A stretch of 63,623 bases of DNA, filler included, from an uncultured Methanosarcinales archaeon (GTDB lineage: Archaea; Nanobdellota; Nanobdellia; Woesearchaeales; CAYXTQ01): NCBI GenBank assembly GCA_964608065.1. It is 5 parts of 5 records of this genome, joined end to end, with 100 filler letters (N's around TTAATTAATTAA, not from the genome) between each part and the next. Parts side by side here need not be neighbours in the genome. Positions count along the whole stretch, not along the records: positions 39,416 to 52,028 come from CAZSMA010000041.1; 4 more parts are not named here. One strand, written 5' to 3'. Made by a program: the position numbers and the translations under genes. Positions 39,316-49,234 of the stretch are shown here, in pieces. The notes beneath the pieces are model-generated. The model was not told the DNA's origin, searched no databases, and saw only the letters and a list, made by a program, of their open reading frames with translations. Each line of letters starts with the position of its first letter. Position 1 is the stretch's first letter.

Positions 39316-39415
39316 NNNNNNNNNNNNNNNNNNNNNNNNNNNNNNNNNNNNNNNNNNNNTTAATTAATTAANNNNNNNNNNNNNNNNNNNNNNNNNNNNN
39401 NNNNNNNNNNNNNNN
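39316..39415. other. Artificial contig linker
   Basis: N-run containing TTAATTAATTAA. Confidence 0.99.
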
Positions 39416-39844
39416 GGTGTTATGGACGCAGACCTCAGCCACCCTCCTGAGCTAATCCCAAAAATAATTGCCCATATAACTAAAAATAATGATATAGTTA
39501 TAGGAAGCAGATTAATCGAAGGTGGAGGAGATGAAAATATGACATTTCCAAGAAAGATCATATCACTCGGTGCTACAATCTTATGCATGCCTTTAACTAA
39601 AATAAAAGATCCTATGTCAGGTTACTTCTTCTTAAAAAAAAAAGTAATACAAAACACAAAGCTTGTCCCTAGAGGCTACAAGATTTTGCTGGAAATATTA
39701 GTAAAAGGAAACGCTGTTAAATTAAAAGAAGTTCCTTTTATCTTTAAAAGCAGAAATTATGGCAAGAGCAAACTAAATTTTAAAGTAGAAACAGAATTCT
39801 TAAGACAATTATTTGATTTATATTTTTACAAGCTGGGAAATTAG
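39416..39844 (+). CDS. GT2 polyprenol-phosphate mannosyltransferase-like, 5'-truncated
   Basis: MDADLSHPP, IGSR, DPMSGYF, GYKILLE, GKSKL. Confidence 0.9.
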   Translation, partial: GVMDADLSHPPELIPKIIAHITKNNDIVIGSRLIEGGGDENMTFPRKIISLGATILCMPLTKIKDPMSGYFFLKKKVIQNTKLVPRGYKILLEILVKGNAVKLKEVPFIFKSRNYGKSKLNFKVETEFLRQLFDLYFYKLGN

Positions 39845-41277
39845 GATGAACTCAGCTTCAAAAACGTTCTGAACATATTCTTCAGAGCCCTATCTGTCTT
39901 TGTCTCTTGTTTTCTCAGAACAAAATTTTTAATTAATCTAAAAACCTTTGAAGGATGGTAAATTGCCTGTGTCAATAAAAAACTAATATAAATTTTTCTT
40001 TTGAATTTCTTTACTTTCTCAGAATCAGGATACCATTTAGGAACAATACCTGTAACTAACTCTTCCCAATTCCTGATTTCTTTAATATGCTTGTATTTCT
40101 CTGTAATAGGGCATTCAGGATATGGCATTAAAGCAAAAGCCCCTATCTCATCAACACCTTTTTTCGCTAACTTTACAATATAACTCTCAGTTAACATTCT
40201 ATCTTTCTCTGTCTCACCAATTGCTCCAATCACAATATAGGCTGTAGTCCTAATCCCAAGTTTATTGCACCATCCAACAATATCTAATATTTTCCCCAAA
40301 TCAATAGACTTATTGAATATCTCTTTCAAAACTCTCTGAGAACCGCTTTCTGGAGCAAGGGTTATCTGATTACAACCTGATTTCTTCATCAGTTTTAACA
40401 ATCCATAATCTATATTCTCAGGCCTTATACCATTAGTTGCTCCCCAATTTATATTCAATTTTCTATTTATTATCTCATTGCAGATATCAATTATTCTTTT
40501 TTTGCTCAAAGTAAGATTATCATCAACAAAATGGAATTCTTTAATTCCAAATTTTTCAACACATTCCTGGATTTCATCTACAACATTCTTTGCATTCCTT
40601 GGCCTCCACATCCTCTGCCAGAATACTGCACTTGAACAATATGAACAATTATTAGGACAACCTCTTGAAGAGGTTATTGAAGTGTATCTTTTATTTGTTG
40701 GTCCAAATCCTGATTTTTCTTTAAAATAATTATCTAAAGGAAATAATTCTCTTGCAGGAAAAGGTAACTCATTAATATTTTTTACAAAACTATATTTTAA
40801 TGTTTTATTCTTTATTTTCTTTTTTTTTTTATCTAAAGATGCGCATAGTTTATAGAGTGAAATCTCCCCCTCCCCAAATATCACATAATCTGCACCAGCT
40901 TTCAATAACTCTTTAGAGTTATATGTAGCATGGTTTCCACCAACAGCTATAGGAATCTTTAATTTACTCTTAATATCTTTAATCAGTTTTACAATAATAT
41001 TATGCTGTGTAGAATATTTTGCTGCAATAGCTATAAGCTTGCTTTCCTTATCAATTCTATTGATAATTTCTTCATTAGATAATCCTAAGATTGTATAGTT
41101 TTTCTTGTATTTCCTTCTTTTATTGATTCCTTCACCAACAGCATCAATAACTTTAACATCAATTTTTTTTTTTAAAAGATAAGATGCAACATAAGCTAAC
41201 CCTAATGGAACATCTACAGAATAAGTGAAATTATACTTTCTATCAATAATAGGTGGATTAATTAAAGTAACAATCAT
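39841..41277 (-). CDS. B12-binding radical SAM protein
   Basis: PLGLAY, GG.HAT, GEGE, SRGCPNNCSYC, ESGS. Confidence 0.93.
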   Translation of the reverse strand: MIVTLINPPIIDRKYNFTYSVDVPLGLAYVASYLLKKKIDVKVIDAVGEGINKRRKYKKNYTILGLSNEEIINRIDKESKLIAIAAKYSTQHNIIVKLIKDIKSKLKIPIAVGGNHATYNSKELLKAGADYVIFGEGEISLYKLCASLDKKKKKIKNKTLKYSFVKNINELPFPARELFPLDNYFKEKSGFGPTNKRYTSITSSRGCPNNCSYCSSAVFWQRMWRPRNAKNVVDEIQECVEKFGIKEFHFVDDNLTLSKKRIIDICNEIINRKLNINWGATNGIRPENIDYGLLKLMKKSGCNQITLAPESGSQRVLKEIFNKSIDLGKILDIVGWCNKLGIRTTAYIVIGAIGETEKDRMLTESYIVKLAKKGVDEIGAFALMPYPECPITEKYKHIKEIRNWEELVTGIVPKWYPDSEKVKKFKRKIYISFLLTQAIYHPSKVFRLIKNFVLRKQETKTDRALKNMFRTFLKLSSS

Positions 41278-41328
41278 TCTGCCCTCTAAATGTCTTATAG
41301 ATTTAAAAAGTTTTGTATACTCTGTAAA

Positions 41329-42777
41329 TTATTTCAGAACATAATCTCTTGCATAGATATGATAGTAAGGCAAAAGATACTTAATATCCAGACCATACTT
41401 CAAACCTTTGGTCACATAATCTGTTAATCCTGTAAAATACCCCCCAGGATGTTGACCCATCATCCGCAAAATACGTTTTCCTAGTGTAAAGAAATAAGCC
41501 TTCTTTTGAAATAATTCAACTTGCTTTGGAGATAAATCCTTTAATCTTACTACAGCGTCATATGTAATGTTATCTGCTTTTTTCCATCTGTTCTGGTCTA
41601 TCTTGCCACCATATTTCTTTATAAGTTCCTCTCCAGTTTTAGTAAAAGGTTTAAATATAAAAAATGCTGATCTGTTTGCATTTAACTCACGAGCCAGCCT
41701 AATAGTCTCATTTACTGTATTCTTTGTTTCTGAAGGACCTCCAAGCATATAATAACCTGTTATTCCTACACCATTCTGTTTACACAGGTTGAATACTTTT
41801 TTTATTTTCTCTTTACTTATATTCTTCTTATAAACTTCATTTCTGACAAAATCATTTCCTGATTCTATACCCATACGCAATATAGCACATCCAGATTTTG
41901 AAAGCATTTTAATTTTTTCTTCATTAAGATTATCAATCCTTGAGAACATGCTAAACTTATTCTCATCAGGCCTGCCATTTTGTCTGTATTCATCACAAAA
42001 ACTTTTCAGCCATTTTTCATTTAAAGTAGGGACTTGATCAAATAACTGAGCTAACCTCATACCTTTTTTCCCCCCATATTTATCCCATTGGAATATTATC
42101 TCATTTGCATATTTTTTAGGATCATAAATCCTATAATAATGCCCATCTACTGCCTGTGACAAAGGATGAGCATCACAATAAGTACACCTATAGGGGCATC
42201 CTCTGCTGCCAATCATATAAAGCATACCAAGAAAATAAAAATACTTTCCTAAATCTTCCCATAAATCCCAGTTTGGAACTGGAAACTGGCTTATGTCCTT
42301 AATAAAACAACCCCTTTTATTCCTTATGATCATTCCATTCTCTTTTGCCCATATACCTTGTATTCCCTTTAATGATTTGCTTTTCTCAAAATTATCTAAA
42401 AATTTTGCTAAAGCAAATTCTCCATCCCCTATGCAAATAGCCTTAACCTCTGGAATTTTCAAAGTATCCATTGGCTTGATTGAAGTATGATAACCACCCA
42501 GTACAACAGGCAAATCAAACTTTTCTTTTACAAACTTTGCAATCCTCTTCACATACTGCATATACATTGTATTGCATGACATCCCAATAATATCTGGCTT
42601 AAACTTCCTGATATTTTTAGTAACATGTTCCTGCCAATTTCTTCTATGAAAAGTAAGGTCTGTTATAGAAGCCTGGTGCTCTGTTGTTTCATTTAGAAAA
42701 GTAGCTAATTGAGTTATTGCAATATCTAATGAACTATAGTCCCCACCAAGAAGAGGATTAATAAACTGAATTCTCAT
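41329..42777 (-). CDS. B12-binding radical SAM protein
   Basis: GG.HTS, GDGE, SRGCPYRCTYC, GIESG. Confidence 0.93.
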   Translation of the reverse strand: MRIQFINPLLGGDYSSLDIAITQLATFLNETTEHQASITDLTFHRRNWQEHVTKNIRKFKPDIIGMSCNTMYMQYVKRIAKFVKEKFDLPVVLGGYHTSIKPMDTLKIPEVKAICIGDGEFALAKFLDNFEKSKSLKGIQGIWAKENGMIIRNKRGCFIKDISQFPVPNWDLWEDLGKYFYFLGMLYMIGSRGCPYRCTYCDAHPLSQAVDGHYYRIYDPKKYANEIIFQWDKYGGKKGMRLAQLFDQVPTLNEKWLKSFCDEYRQNGRPDENKFSMFSRIDNLNEEKIKMLSKSGCAILRMGIESGNDFVRNEVYKKNISKEKIKKVFNLCKQNGVGITGYYMLGGPSETKNTVNETIRLARELNANRSAFFIFKPFTKTGEELIKKYGGKIDQNRWKKADNITYDAVVRLKDLSPKQVELFQKKAYFFTLGKRILRMMGQHPGGYFTGLTDYVTKGLKYGLDIKYLLPYYHIYARDYVLK

Positions 42778-42815
42778 GCAAAATCTTCATATAAACTATT
42801 AATATTTAAATTCTT

Positions 42816-43946
42816 CTACATCTTCAATTTTCTTTCTGGTTTGTACTTATAAACCTTTATTAAGAAATAAACAATAAATATTTCACGCAATACTAAAGTA
42901 GTATGGACTATAAACAAATAAACCATATTCTGCGGAGCTATAAAAAACATATAAAGAGATGCAAGAGAAAAAATTACATTGATTATCTCAAATGTAATAA
43001 ATTCCCTATATCTAATAATTGTTGTTAGTACAAAGAACATAAGCAGCCATAATGTGTGTTGTTGAGAAAACACCTTATTCACAGCAAAATACACTAAAAT
43101 AGCTAAAAAACTTAATTCAATTAAAGACCTTTTCCTTTGTTTCCACATAACAAAAAGATATAATGCTACAAACAACAATAAAGAAAAGAGATTAATGAAA
43201 GTAACACTTATTTTATCAGGAAAATAATAATGAATAACTCCCCAAATCGAAGTAAGATCTGAAAATCTCCCAGCCATATGTAAATAAAATTCTATCCAGA
43301 AATCAAATGAAATTATCATAAAAATAAGATTTATTGATAAGACTGTTGCACCAAAAACTAACACCATCTTAACAGCTTTCTTCAGATTTCTCTTAAGAAG
43401 CATTGGCAACAAGAAAAGAACTGGATAAATTTTTGCTGCAAACCCAATACCAAGAATAAAGGCAGCTAAACTATCTTTATTACCTCTAAAAAAATAAAAT
43501 GATAATAGTATTAAGAAAATCGGAATAAAGTCCCAGTTATAAAACATAAAATAAAACATAGACGGAGCCAAAATCCAAAAAAACAATAACCTTTTCTTAT
43601 TTATCTTCTCTTCTTCCATAATTTTATAAAGAAAAAAAGTAGATAATAATGCAAGAAAAAAAAGAACTAATGAATTAACATTAAAACTGCCAATTGCGTC
43701 CTTACCTACACTCCCCATTAAGCTTATATAAATGTCAAGAAGTATAGGATAATGTGTAACTCCAGAAAATTCGCTTTCACCAGACAAAGAGTATAAATCA
43801 TTACCAGCATAATCTCCAGCAACATCACTATAACCTGACCACCAAGGGATTTTTCCATAATTTCCAGATGTTTTAAAAGCAAAAGAAAAAACACCAATTA
43901 TCAAAAGTAATATAAGAACTATTTTTAGATTTATTTTATTTTTTAT
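42816..43946 (-). CDS. GT-C membrane glycosyltransferase (GT87/DUF2029-like)
   Basis: Many TM helices, HYP, 'NWD', 'GFAAKIYP', 'NKVFSQQ'; frame is open to ATA 43946 behind a GGAGGGGGG RBS. Confidence 0.8.
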   Translation of the reverse strand: MKNKINLKIVLILLLIIGVFSFAFKTSGNYGKIPWWSGYSDVAGDYAGNDLYSLSGESEFSGVTHYPILLDIYISLMGSVGKDAIGSFNVNSLVLFFLALLSTFFLYKIMEEEKINKKRLLFFWILAPSMFYFMFYNWDFIPIFLILLSFYFFRGNKDSLAAFILGIGFAAKIYPVLFLLPMLLKRNLKKAVKMVLVFGATVLSINLIFMIISFDFWIEFYLHMAGRFSDLTSIWGVIHYYFPDKISVTFINLFSLLLFVALYLFVMWKQRKRSLIELSFLAILVYFAVNKVFSQQHTLWLLMFFVLTTIIRYREFITFEIINVIFSLASLYMFFIAPQNMVYLFIVHTTLVLREIFIVYFLIKVYKYKPERKLKM

Positions 43947-44050
43947 TTTTTATCCCCCCTCCTATATAATATTCAATAATTATATAAAGCTTACTATGCC
44001 TATACTGTGATACAGAAAATAATTTAAATAAGAGAGATATTTAGGGTATA

Positions 44051-45496
44051 TTGGGGGATAAATTGAAGATATTATTTATTCAAGAAGATGTATTTAAAAG
44101 CTATGGAACTATGCTACTTTCATCTATATTAAAATCTCATGGTCATGAATTTGATATCTTAGTTGACTCATTAGAAAAAGACATCATAAGCAAGATAAAA
44201 ACAATCAATCCGGACATCATCTCATTTTCTGTTCAATCCACAAAATATGCTTGGCTAAAGAACATTGCAACAAAGATAAAGGAAAATTTCAAAATGCCTA
44301 TAGCAGTTGGAGGTCCATTACCAACATTCTTCCCAGAAGTGATTAAAGAGGACTTTGTAGATATAATATGCATAGGTGAAGGCGAATATGCTTTATTAGA
44401 ACTTCTGGACAAACTAAAGAGAAAGGCAAATATCGCCAAAATAAAAAATCTCTGGGTAAAAAAAGGTAATAAAATCTACAAAAACCCTTTAAGAAACTTA
44501 ATTGAAGATCTTGACTCTTTGCCATTTGCAGATACTGGTATTTACCTGAAATATAACTATTTTAGAAAACAAAACAGTGAGTCTGTCATGACAAGCAGAG
44601 GATGTCCTTACAACTGCACTTTCTGCTTTAACAAAAAATACAATGAAATGTATAAAGATAAAGGCAAGATAGTAAGAAGAAGATCTGTATCTAACATTAT
44701 AGAGGAAATAAAATTAATATTAAACAAAAACAAACAAATTACATCCTTAGTATTCCTTGATGACACTTTTATATTAGGCTCTAAAGCATGGTTTGATGAA
44801 TTCACAGAAAAGTACAAAAAAGAAGTAGATCTCCCATTCAGTATCACAGCAAGAGCAAATCTAGTTAATGACGACTTGATAAAAAAAATGAAACATGCTG
44901 GATGTAACTCAATTAGAATGGGTGTTGAATCTGCAGATCCTATACTTAGAGAGACTATACTTAAGAAAGGCATTACAAATGAACAGATATTATATGCTTC
45001 TAAGATAATTAAAAAGTACAAAATAAAATTACAGCTTTACAACATACTTGGAATTCCTGGAGAAACACTAAAAAAAGCATTAGATACTTATAAGTTTACT
45101 ATGAAAATTAATCCAACACATGCTTGGTGCAGTCTTATGCAATTTTTCCCTGGAACAGAAATAAGAGATATAGCAATCAAAAAAGGACTTATCAGAAAGA
45201 GTGAAAGCCAAAAGAAGGAAAAAGATGTTTTTTTCTCTGCGTTTCCTTTCTTCCAGGAAACTACAATCAATATTAAAGACAAAAATAAGATAATGAACCT
45301 GCAAAAGCTGTTTCAGTTTGGCAACTTACTAAGAATTCCGACACCTATGATGAAACAACTAATAAGGTTGCCCCCTAATAAATTATATAATCTTATATTT
45401 AAGATAAATTATGGCTATAGTATAATGAAGATGGACAATCTAAGTATAAGTTATATATTAAAATCTGCTTACCATACGTTGTTAAGAAAAAAATGA
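44051..45496 (+). CDS. B12-binding radical SAM protein
   Basis: GGP.PT, GEGE, SRGCPYNCTFC, GVES. Confidence 0.93.
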   Translation: MGDKLKILFIQEDVFKSYGTMLLSSILKSHGHEFDILVDSLEKDIISKIKTINPDIISFSVQSTKYAWLKNIATKIKENFKMPIAVGGPLPTFFPEVIKEDFVDIICIGEGEYALLELLDKLKRKANIAKIKNLWVKKGNKIYKNPLRNLIEDLDSLPFADTGIYLKYNYFRKQNSESVMTSRGCPYNCTFCFNKKYNEMYKDKGKIVRRRSVSNIIEEIKLILNKNKQITSLVFLDDTFILGSKAWFDEFTEKYKKEVDLPFSITARANLVNDDLIKKMKHAGCNSIRMGVESADPILRETILKKGITNEQILYASKIIKKYKIKLQLYNILGIPGETLKKALDTYKFTMKINPTHAWCSLMQFFPGTEIRDIAIKKGLIRKSESQKKEKDVFFSAFPFFQETTINIKDKNKIMNLQKLFQFGNLLRIPTPMMKQLIRLPPNKLYNLIFKINYGYSIMKMDNLSISYILKSAYHTLLRKK

Positions 45497-46212
45497 AACT
45501 TTCATTCGTAATACCAATATACAATGAAGAGGATGTTATTGTTAATACTGTCAATAGCATATCTAATTTCTGCAGCTCAAGATATCCTGAATTTGAAATT
45601 ATTTGCGTTAATGACGGAAGCACAGACAGTTCATTAGATGTTATGAGAAAAAATTTCAAAGCAGATGGAAACATAAAATTAATATCTTATGAAAAAAACA
45701 GAGGAAAAGGCTTTGCTCTTAGGGAAGGTTTCAAACAAACTGCAGGAAACATAGTTATAATGTATGATGCAGATTCTCAGCATAACATAGAGGACCTTCC
45801 AACACTTATAGATAAGATCAAGAATGGTTCAGATATTGCAATTGGCTCAAGAGCTTTCTCAAAAGACAACATAAAGAACTTTTACAGAAATAATCCTTTT
45901 TTTTATGCTTTCAGCAGAGATGTTTTAAGCAGAGTTCATGTGCTTCTTTGCAACAGTTTATTCTCTCTTAACATAAAAGACCCCCAATGTGGATTTAAAG
46001 CATTCAAAAAAGAAGTACTGCGCAACCTTGACCTTAAAACAAACAGTTATGAATTTGATGTTGAACTGTTAGTTAAAGCTAAAAATAAAAATTTTAAGAT
46101 AGTTGAATGTCCAGTAGAAACACGTTTTTTCAGGAGAAGATCTAACTTAGTTTTTTTTTCAGATCCTATGAAAATGTTCATCGATCTTATAAAAATAAAA
46201 TTAAGTTTATAA
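45493..46212 (+). CDS. GT2 glycosyltransferase (Dol-P-glucose synthase-like)
   Basis: IP.YNEE, NDGSTD, NRGKG, DAD, D.QCGFK, FDVELL. Confidence 0.92.
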   Translation: MKLSFVIPIYNEEDVIVNTVNSISNFCSSRYPEFEIICVNDGSTDSSLDVMRKNFKADGNIKLISYEKNRGKGFALREGFKQTAGNIVIMYDADSQHNIEDLPTLIDKIKNGSDIAIGSRAFSKDNIKNFYRNNPFFYAFSRDVLSRVHVLLCNSLFSLNIKDPQCGFKAFKKEVLRNLDLKTNSYEFDVELLVKAKNKNFKIVECPVETRFFRRRSNLVFFSDPMKMFIDLIKIKLSL

Positions 46213-46225
46213 TAAGGTGGTCTAA

Positions 46226-47650
46226 ATTAGAGTATTATTCATTAACCAATTCCTAGGAAGCTATACACTATACAGGGAACCTCTTGCTATCATGTACTTA
46301 GCTTCTGCTATCAAACCAAATCACCATGTATCTGTTCTAGAGCCTGACAAAGAAGACATTGACAAAAAGTTTAAAACTATTAAACCAGATGTAGTTGTAT
46401 ATTCTATAAGAACTGGATTCCATACACATTACATTGAACTAAACAAAAAATTAAAAAAAAAATATAATTTTATCTCTGTTTTTGGAGGTCCTCATGCAAC
46501 CTTCTTCCCACATATAATAAATGAAAAAGGTGTTGATGTTGTCTGTATTGGTGAAGGTGAAGAAGCATTTGCAGAATTATTAAACATACTGGACAAAAAA
46601 AAAAGTATTACAAAAGTAAAAAATTTCTGGGTTAAAAAAGACAACAAAATCTACAAAAACTCTTTAAGACCATTGATCCAAAACTTGGATAATCTAAAAT
46701 TTCCTGACCATTCTATATTCAACAAATACAAACAAATAAGAGATTCAAGGGTAAAATGTTTTATGGCATCTCGCGGCTGCCCTTACAACTGCACTTACTG
46801 TTTTAATGACTGCTTAAGAAACCTCTACTCTAACCAAAACTATGTCAGATACAGAAGCGTTGACAATCTGATAAAAGAAATCAAGGAAGTTAAGGAAAAA
46901 TATGGAAAAAATTTTGAAATTGCTTTGTTTGAAGATGATACATTTAACCTAAAGAAAGAATGGCTAAGAGAATTCTCCCAAAAATTCAGAAAACTAGGAT
47001 TAAAGTTTGTATGCAACATAAGGGCAGATATTGCAACAGAAGAGGACATAAGATTATTAAAAGAAGCTGGTTGCTGCAGTGTCTCTTTCGGACTTGAATC
47101 AGGAGTTCCTAATATAAGAAAAAAAATATTGAACAGAAACATGACAAATGAACAGATTATCAGCTGTTCTACGTGGATAAGAAAATACAAAATAACCTTC
47201 AACACAGAAAACATCCTAGCTATTCCATTCACAACCTTAGAAGATGATCTAAAAACATTGGAATTAAACATGATCTGCAAGCCAGATTATGCAACTGCCT
47301 GTATTATGCAGCCTTACCCTGGAACTAAAATTCATGAAATCTCTGTTAAAAACAACCTATTTGATAAGAATAACTTTGACAATATTACTTCTTATTATAA
47401 ATCATCTTCATTAAAAATAACCAATAAAAAAGAAAGAGAAAATCTCCAAAGATTATTTCCACTTGCTATACTATCTCCAATTATATATAATAATATTAGA
47501 CATTTAATAAAACTAAGATTAGGTTTTATTTACATGATATTCTACGAACTCCATAGGATATGGTTTGGTCTGAAATGGTTTCCATTAAAAAGAGGTATAA
47601 AAGAATATTTTTCACTATTTAAAAGATATTTCTTCAGAAACTATTGGTGA
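46226..47650 (+). CDS. B12-binding radical SAM protein
   Basis: GGPHAT, GEGE, SRGCPYNCTYC; frame extends to ATT 46226 (RVLFINQ...EPLAIMYLAS). Confidence 0.9.
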   Translation: MRVLFINQFLGSYTLYREPLAIMYLASAIKPNHHVSVLEPDKEDIDKKFKTIKPDVVVYSIRTGFHTHYIELNKKLKKKYNFISVFGGPHATFFPHIINEKGVDVVCIGEGEEAFAELLNILDKKKSITKVKNFWVKKDNKIYKNSLRPLIQNLDNLKFPDHSIFNKYKQIRDSRVKCFMASRGCPYNCTYCFNDCLRNLYSNQNYVRYRSVDNLIKEIKEVKEKYGKNFEIALFEDDTFNLKKEWLREFSQKFRKLGLKFVCNIRADIATEEDIRLLKEAGCCSVSFGLESGVPNIRKKILNRNMTNEQIISCSTWIRKYKITFNTENILAIPFTTLEDDLKTLELNMICKPDYATACIMQPYPGTKIHEISVKNNLFDKNNFDNITSYYKSSSLKITNKKERENLQRLFPLAILSPIIYNNIRHLIKLRLGFIYMIFYELHRIWFGLKWFPLKRGIKEYFSLFKRYFFRNYW

Positions 47651-47712
47651 TGTTATTAATAATTAAATTTATATACAAGATGTGTTTTAATATATCATAG
47701 GGTGGTCTAAAT

Positions 47713-47970
47713 ATGAAAAAAGATAAAATATTAATTATGTTTTTAGTTGTTGTGATAGTAGTTTTATTTTTATATGTGGTTATAGATAACTACAACGAAT
47801 CTAAACAAGAAAAAGAAAATGTATTATTGCAACAAGGAGCGCAACTAGGCTATGAACAAGCAATAGCTCAAATAGTACAGCAAGCTGTAACATGTCAACA
47901 AATTCCTATAACATTCCAAAACCAAACAATAAATTTGATAGCAGTTGAATGTCTACAACCTGCGCAATAA
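47713..47970 (+). CDS. Single-TM hypothetical protein
   Basis: TM helix, 'G.QLGYEQA', two Cys. Confidence 0.75.
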   Translation: MKKDKILIMFLVVVIVVLFLYVVIDNYNESKQEKENVLLQQGAQLGYEQAIAQIVQQAVTCQQIPITFQNQTINLIAVECLQPAQ

Positions 47971-48250
47971 TTTTTATTTTTCTTTCTTCTTCTTCTCTCT
48001 TCCTTTTCTTTTCTCTTTTTTTTTTTATTATAATTATTTATTTTCAATAGTGAAAATAAATACAACCTATGACCAGTGGAATTAACCCTTCTATCCATCA
48101 GATTCTAAAGAATTAGCCATTTCTATGACCCACTGGCCACTGGCCAAGTGTGTGCGTGAGGTATTTAAACCAACCTTGTTTATATTTATTCTAGATTTTG
48201 GAAGAAACCTTCCTCAACCACACTATAAAATAAAAAAAGAGGTGAAAAAT

Positions 48251-48361
48251 ATGGATTTAAGCCATAGCACAATACAGGATTTATTCTACAAACAGGTTAG
48301 AGATCTTACTATAAAGAACATTAACACATTTGATTTACAATTCAGTGACAGGTGGTTCTGA
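48251..48361 (+). CDS. Small hypothetical peptide (36 aa)
   Basis: GAGGTGA RBS; stop overlaps next ATG. Confidence 0.45.
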   Translation: MDLSHSTIQDLFYKQVRDLTIKNINTFDLQFSDRWF

Positions 48362-48486
48362 TGGACATCTATGATACTGAAACAATTGAACAACTTAATG
48401 AAGATGATGTTATAAATGACTTTGAAGAAGGATTCATGCTCGGCTATCTTTCAGCTTGTCAAAAACCATTAACCGAAGATGACTAA
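48361..48486 (+). CDS. Small acidic protein (41 aa); 3' end lies inside a palindromic repeat
   Basis: GGTGG RBS; MDIYDTETIEQLNEDDVINDFEEGFMLGYLSA-CQKPLTEDD. Confidence 0.6.
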   Translation: MDIYDTETIEQLNEDDVINDFEEGFMLGYLSACQKPLTEDD

Positions 48487-48553
48487 CATCAAATGGTTTT
48501 TGAGCATGCTCAGAAATTTTTGCAAATTCCATATATGATAAAAATTTCTGACA
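48457..48553 (-). repeat. Cloverleaf palindromic repeat, copy A
   Basis: TGTC-AAAAACCATT..AATGGTTTTT-GAGCATGCTC-AGAAATTTTT..AAAAATTTCT-GACA. Confidence 0.9.
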
Positions 48554-48585
48554 TATTCTTAATGCCTCTAAACACCGCTCTATTT

Positions 48586-48608
48586 CCTCCTCCTAAAAAA
48601 GGAGGAGG
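48586..48608. terminator. Stem-loop, possible terminator
   Basis: CCTCCTCCT-AAAAA-AGGAGGAGG. Confidence 0.4.
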
Positions 48609-48661
48609 TCTAATTCTCTAAAACAATAAACTATATAAATAACTAACACATCCTAAAGGAT

Positions 48662-49234
48662 ATGCAGATTTTAACTAAAGATGATCTTAGGACTAGAAAA
48701 AACGAAATGATGGATAAGATAGAAAGGGGAGCTATATTTATTCATCCAACTGATACTATATATGGTATTGGTTGTAATGCTCTGGATGAAAAAGCTGTAA
48801 AAAGAGTAAGAGAAATAAAGGAAAGATACAATTCCCCTTTTTCAGTCATAGCTCCTGAAAAAGGATGGATAAATGAAAACTGCAAAGTTAGTGATAATGC
48901 ATTAGAATGGATAAACAAACTGCCTGGAGCATATACACTAATCCTACAATTAATCAACAAAGAATGTATTGCAAAAAACGTAAACAATGATTTAGACACA
49001 TTAGGTGTAAGGATTCCTAACCATTGGTTTAGCGGAGCTGTAAGAGAACTAGGATTGCCTGTTGTTACAACAAGTGCAAATATAACTGGCGCAGATTTCA
49101 TGACATCTATTGATAACTTAGATCCTAAAATCAAGAGTAAAATAGATTTTATCATTTACGAAGATGAGAAAAAAGGCTCTCCAAGCAAAATTATCGATTT
49201 AACTAAATCAAAAGCTGAAATAATAAAAAGATGA
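48662..49234 (+). CDS. sua5: Threonylcarbamoyl-AMP synthase (Sua5/TsaC)
   Basis: PTDTIYGIG, K.R...P, PG.YT, GVRIP, TSAN. Confidence 0.93.
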   Translation: MQILTKDDLRTRKNEMMDKIERGAIFIHPTDTIYGIGCNALDEKAVKRVREIKERYNSPFSVIAPEKGWINENCKVSDNALEWINKLPGAYTLILQLINKECIAKNVNNDLDTLGVRIPNHWFSGAVRELGLPVVTTSANITGADFMTSIDNLDPKIKSKIDFIIYEDEKKGSPSKIIDLTKSKAEIIKR

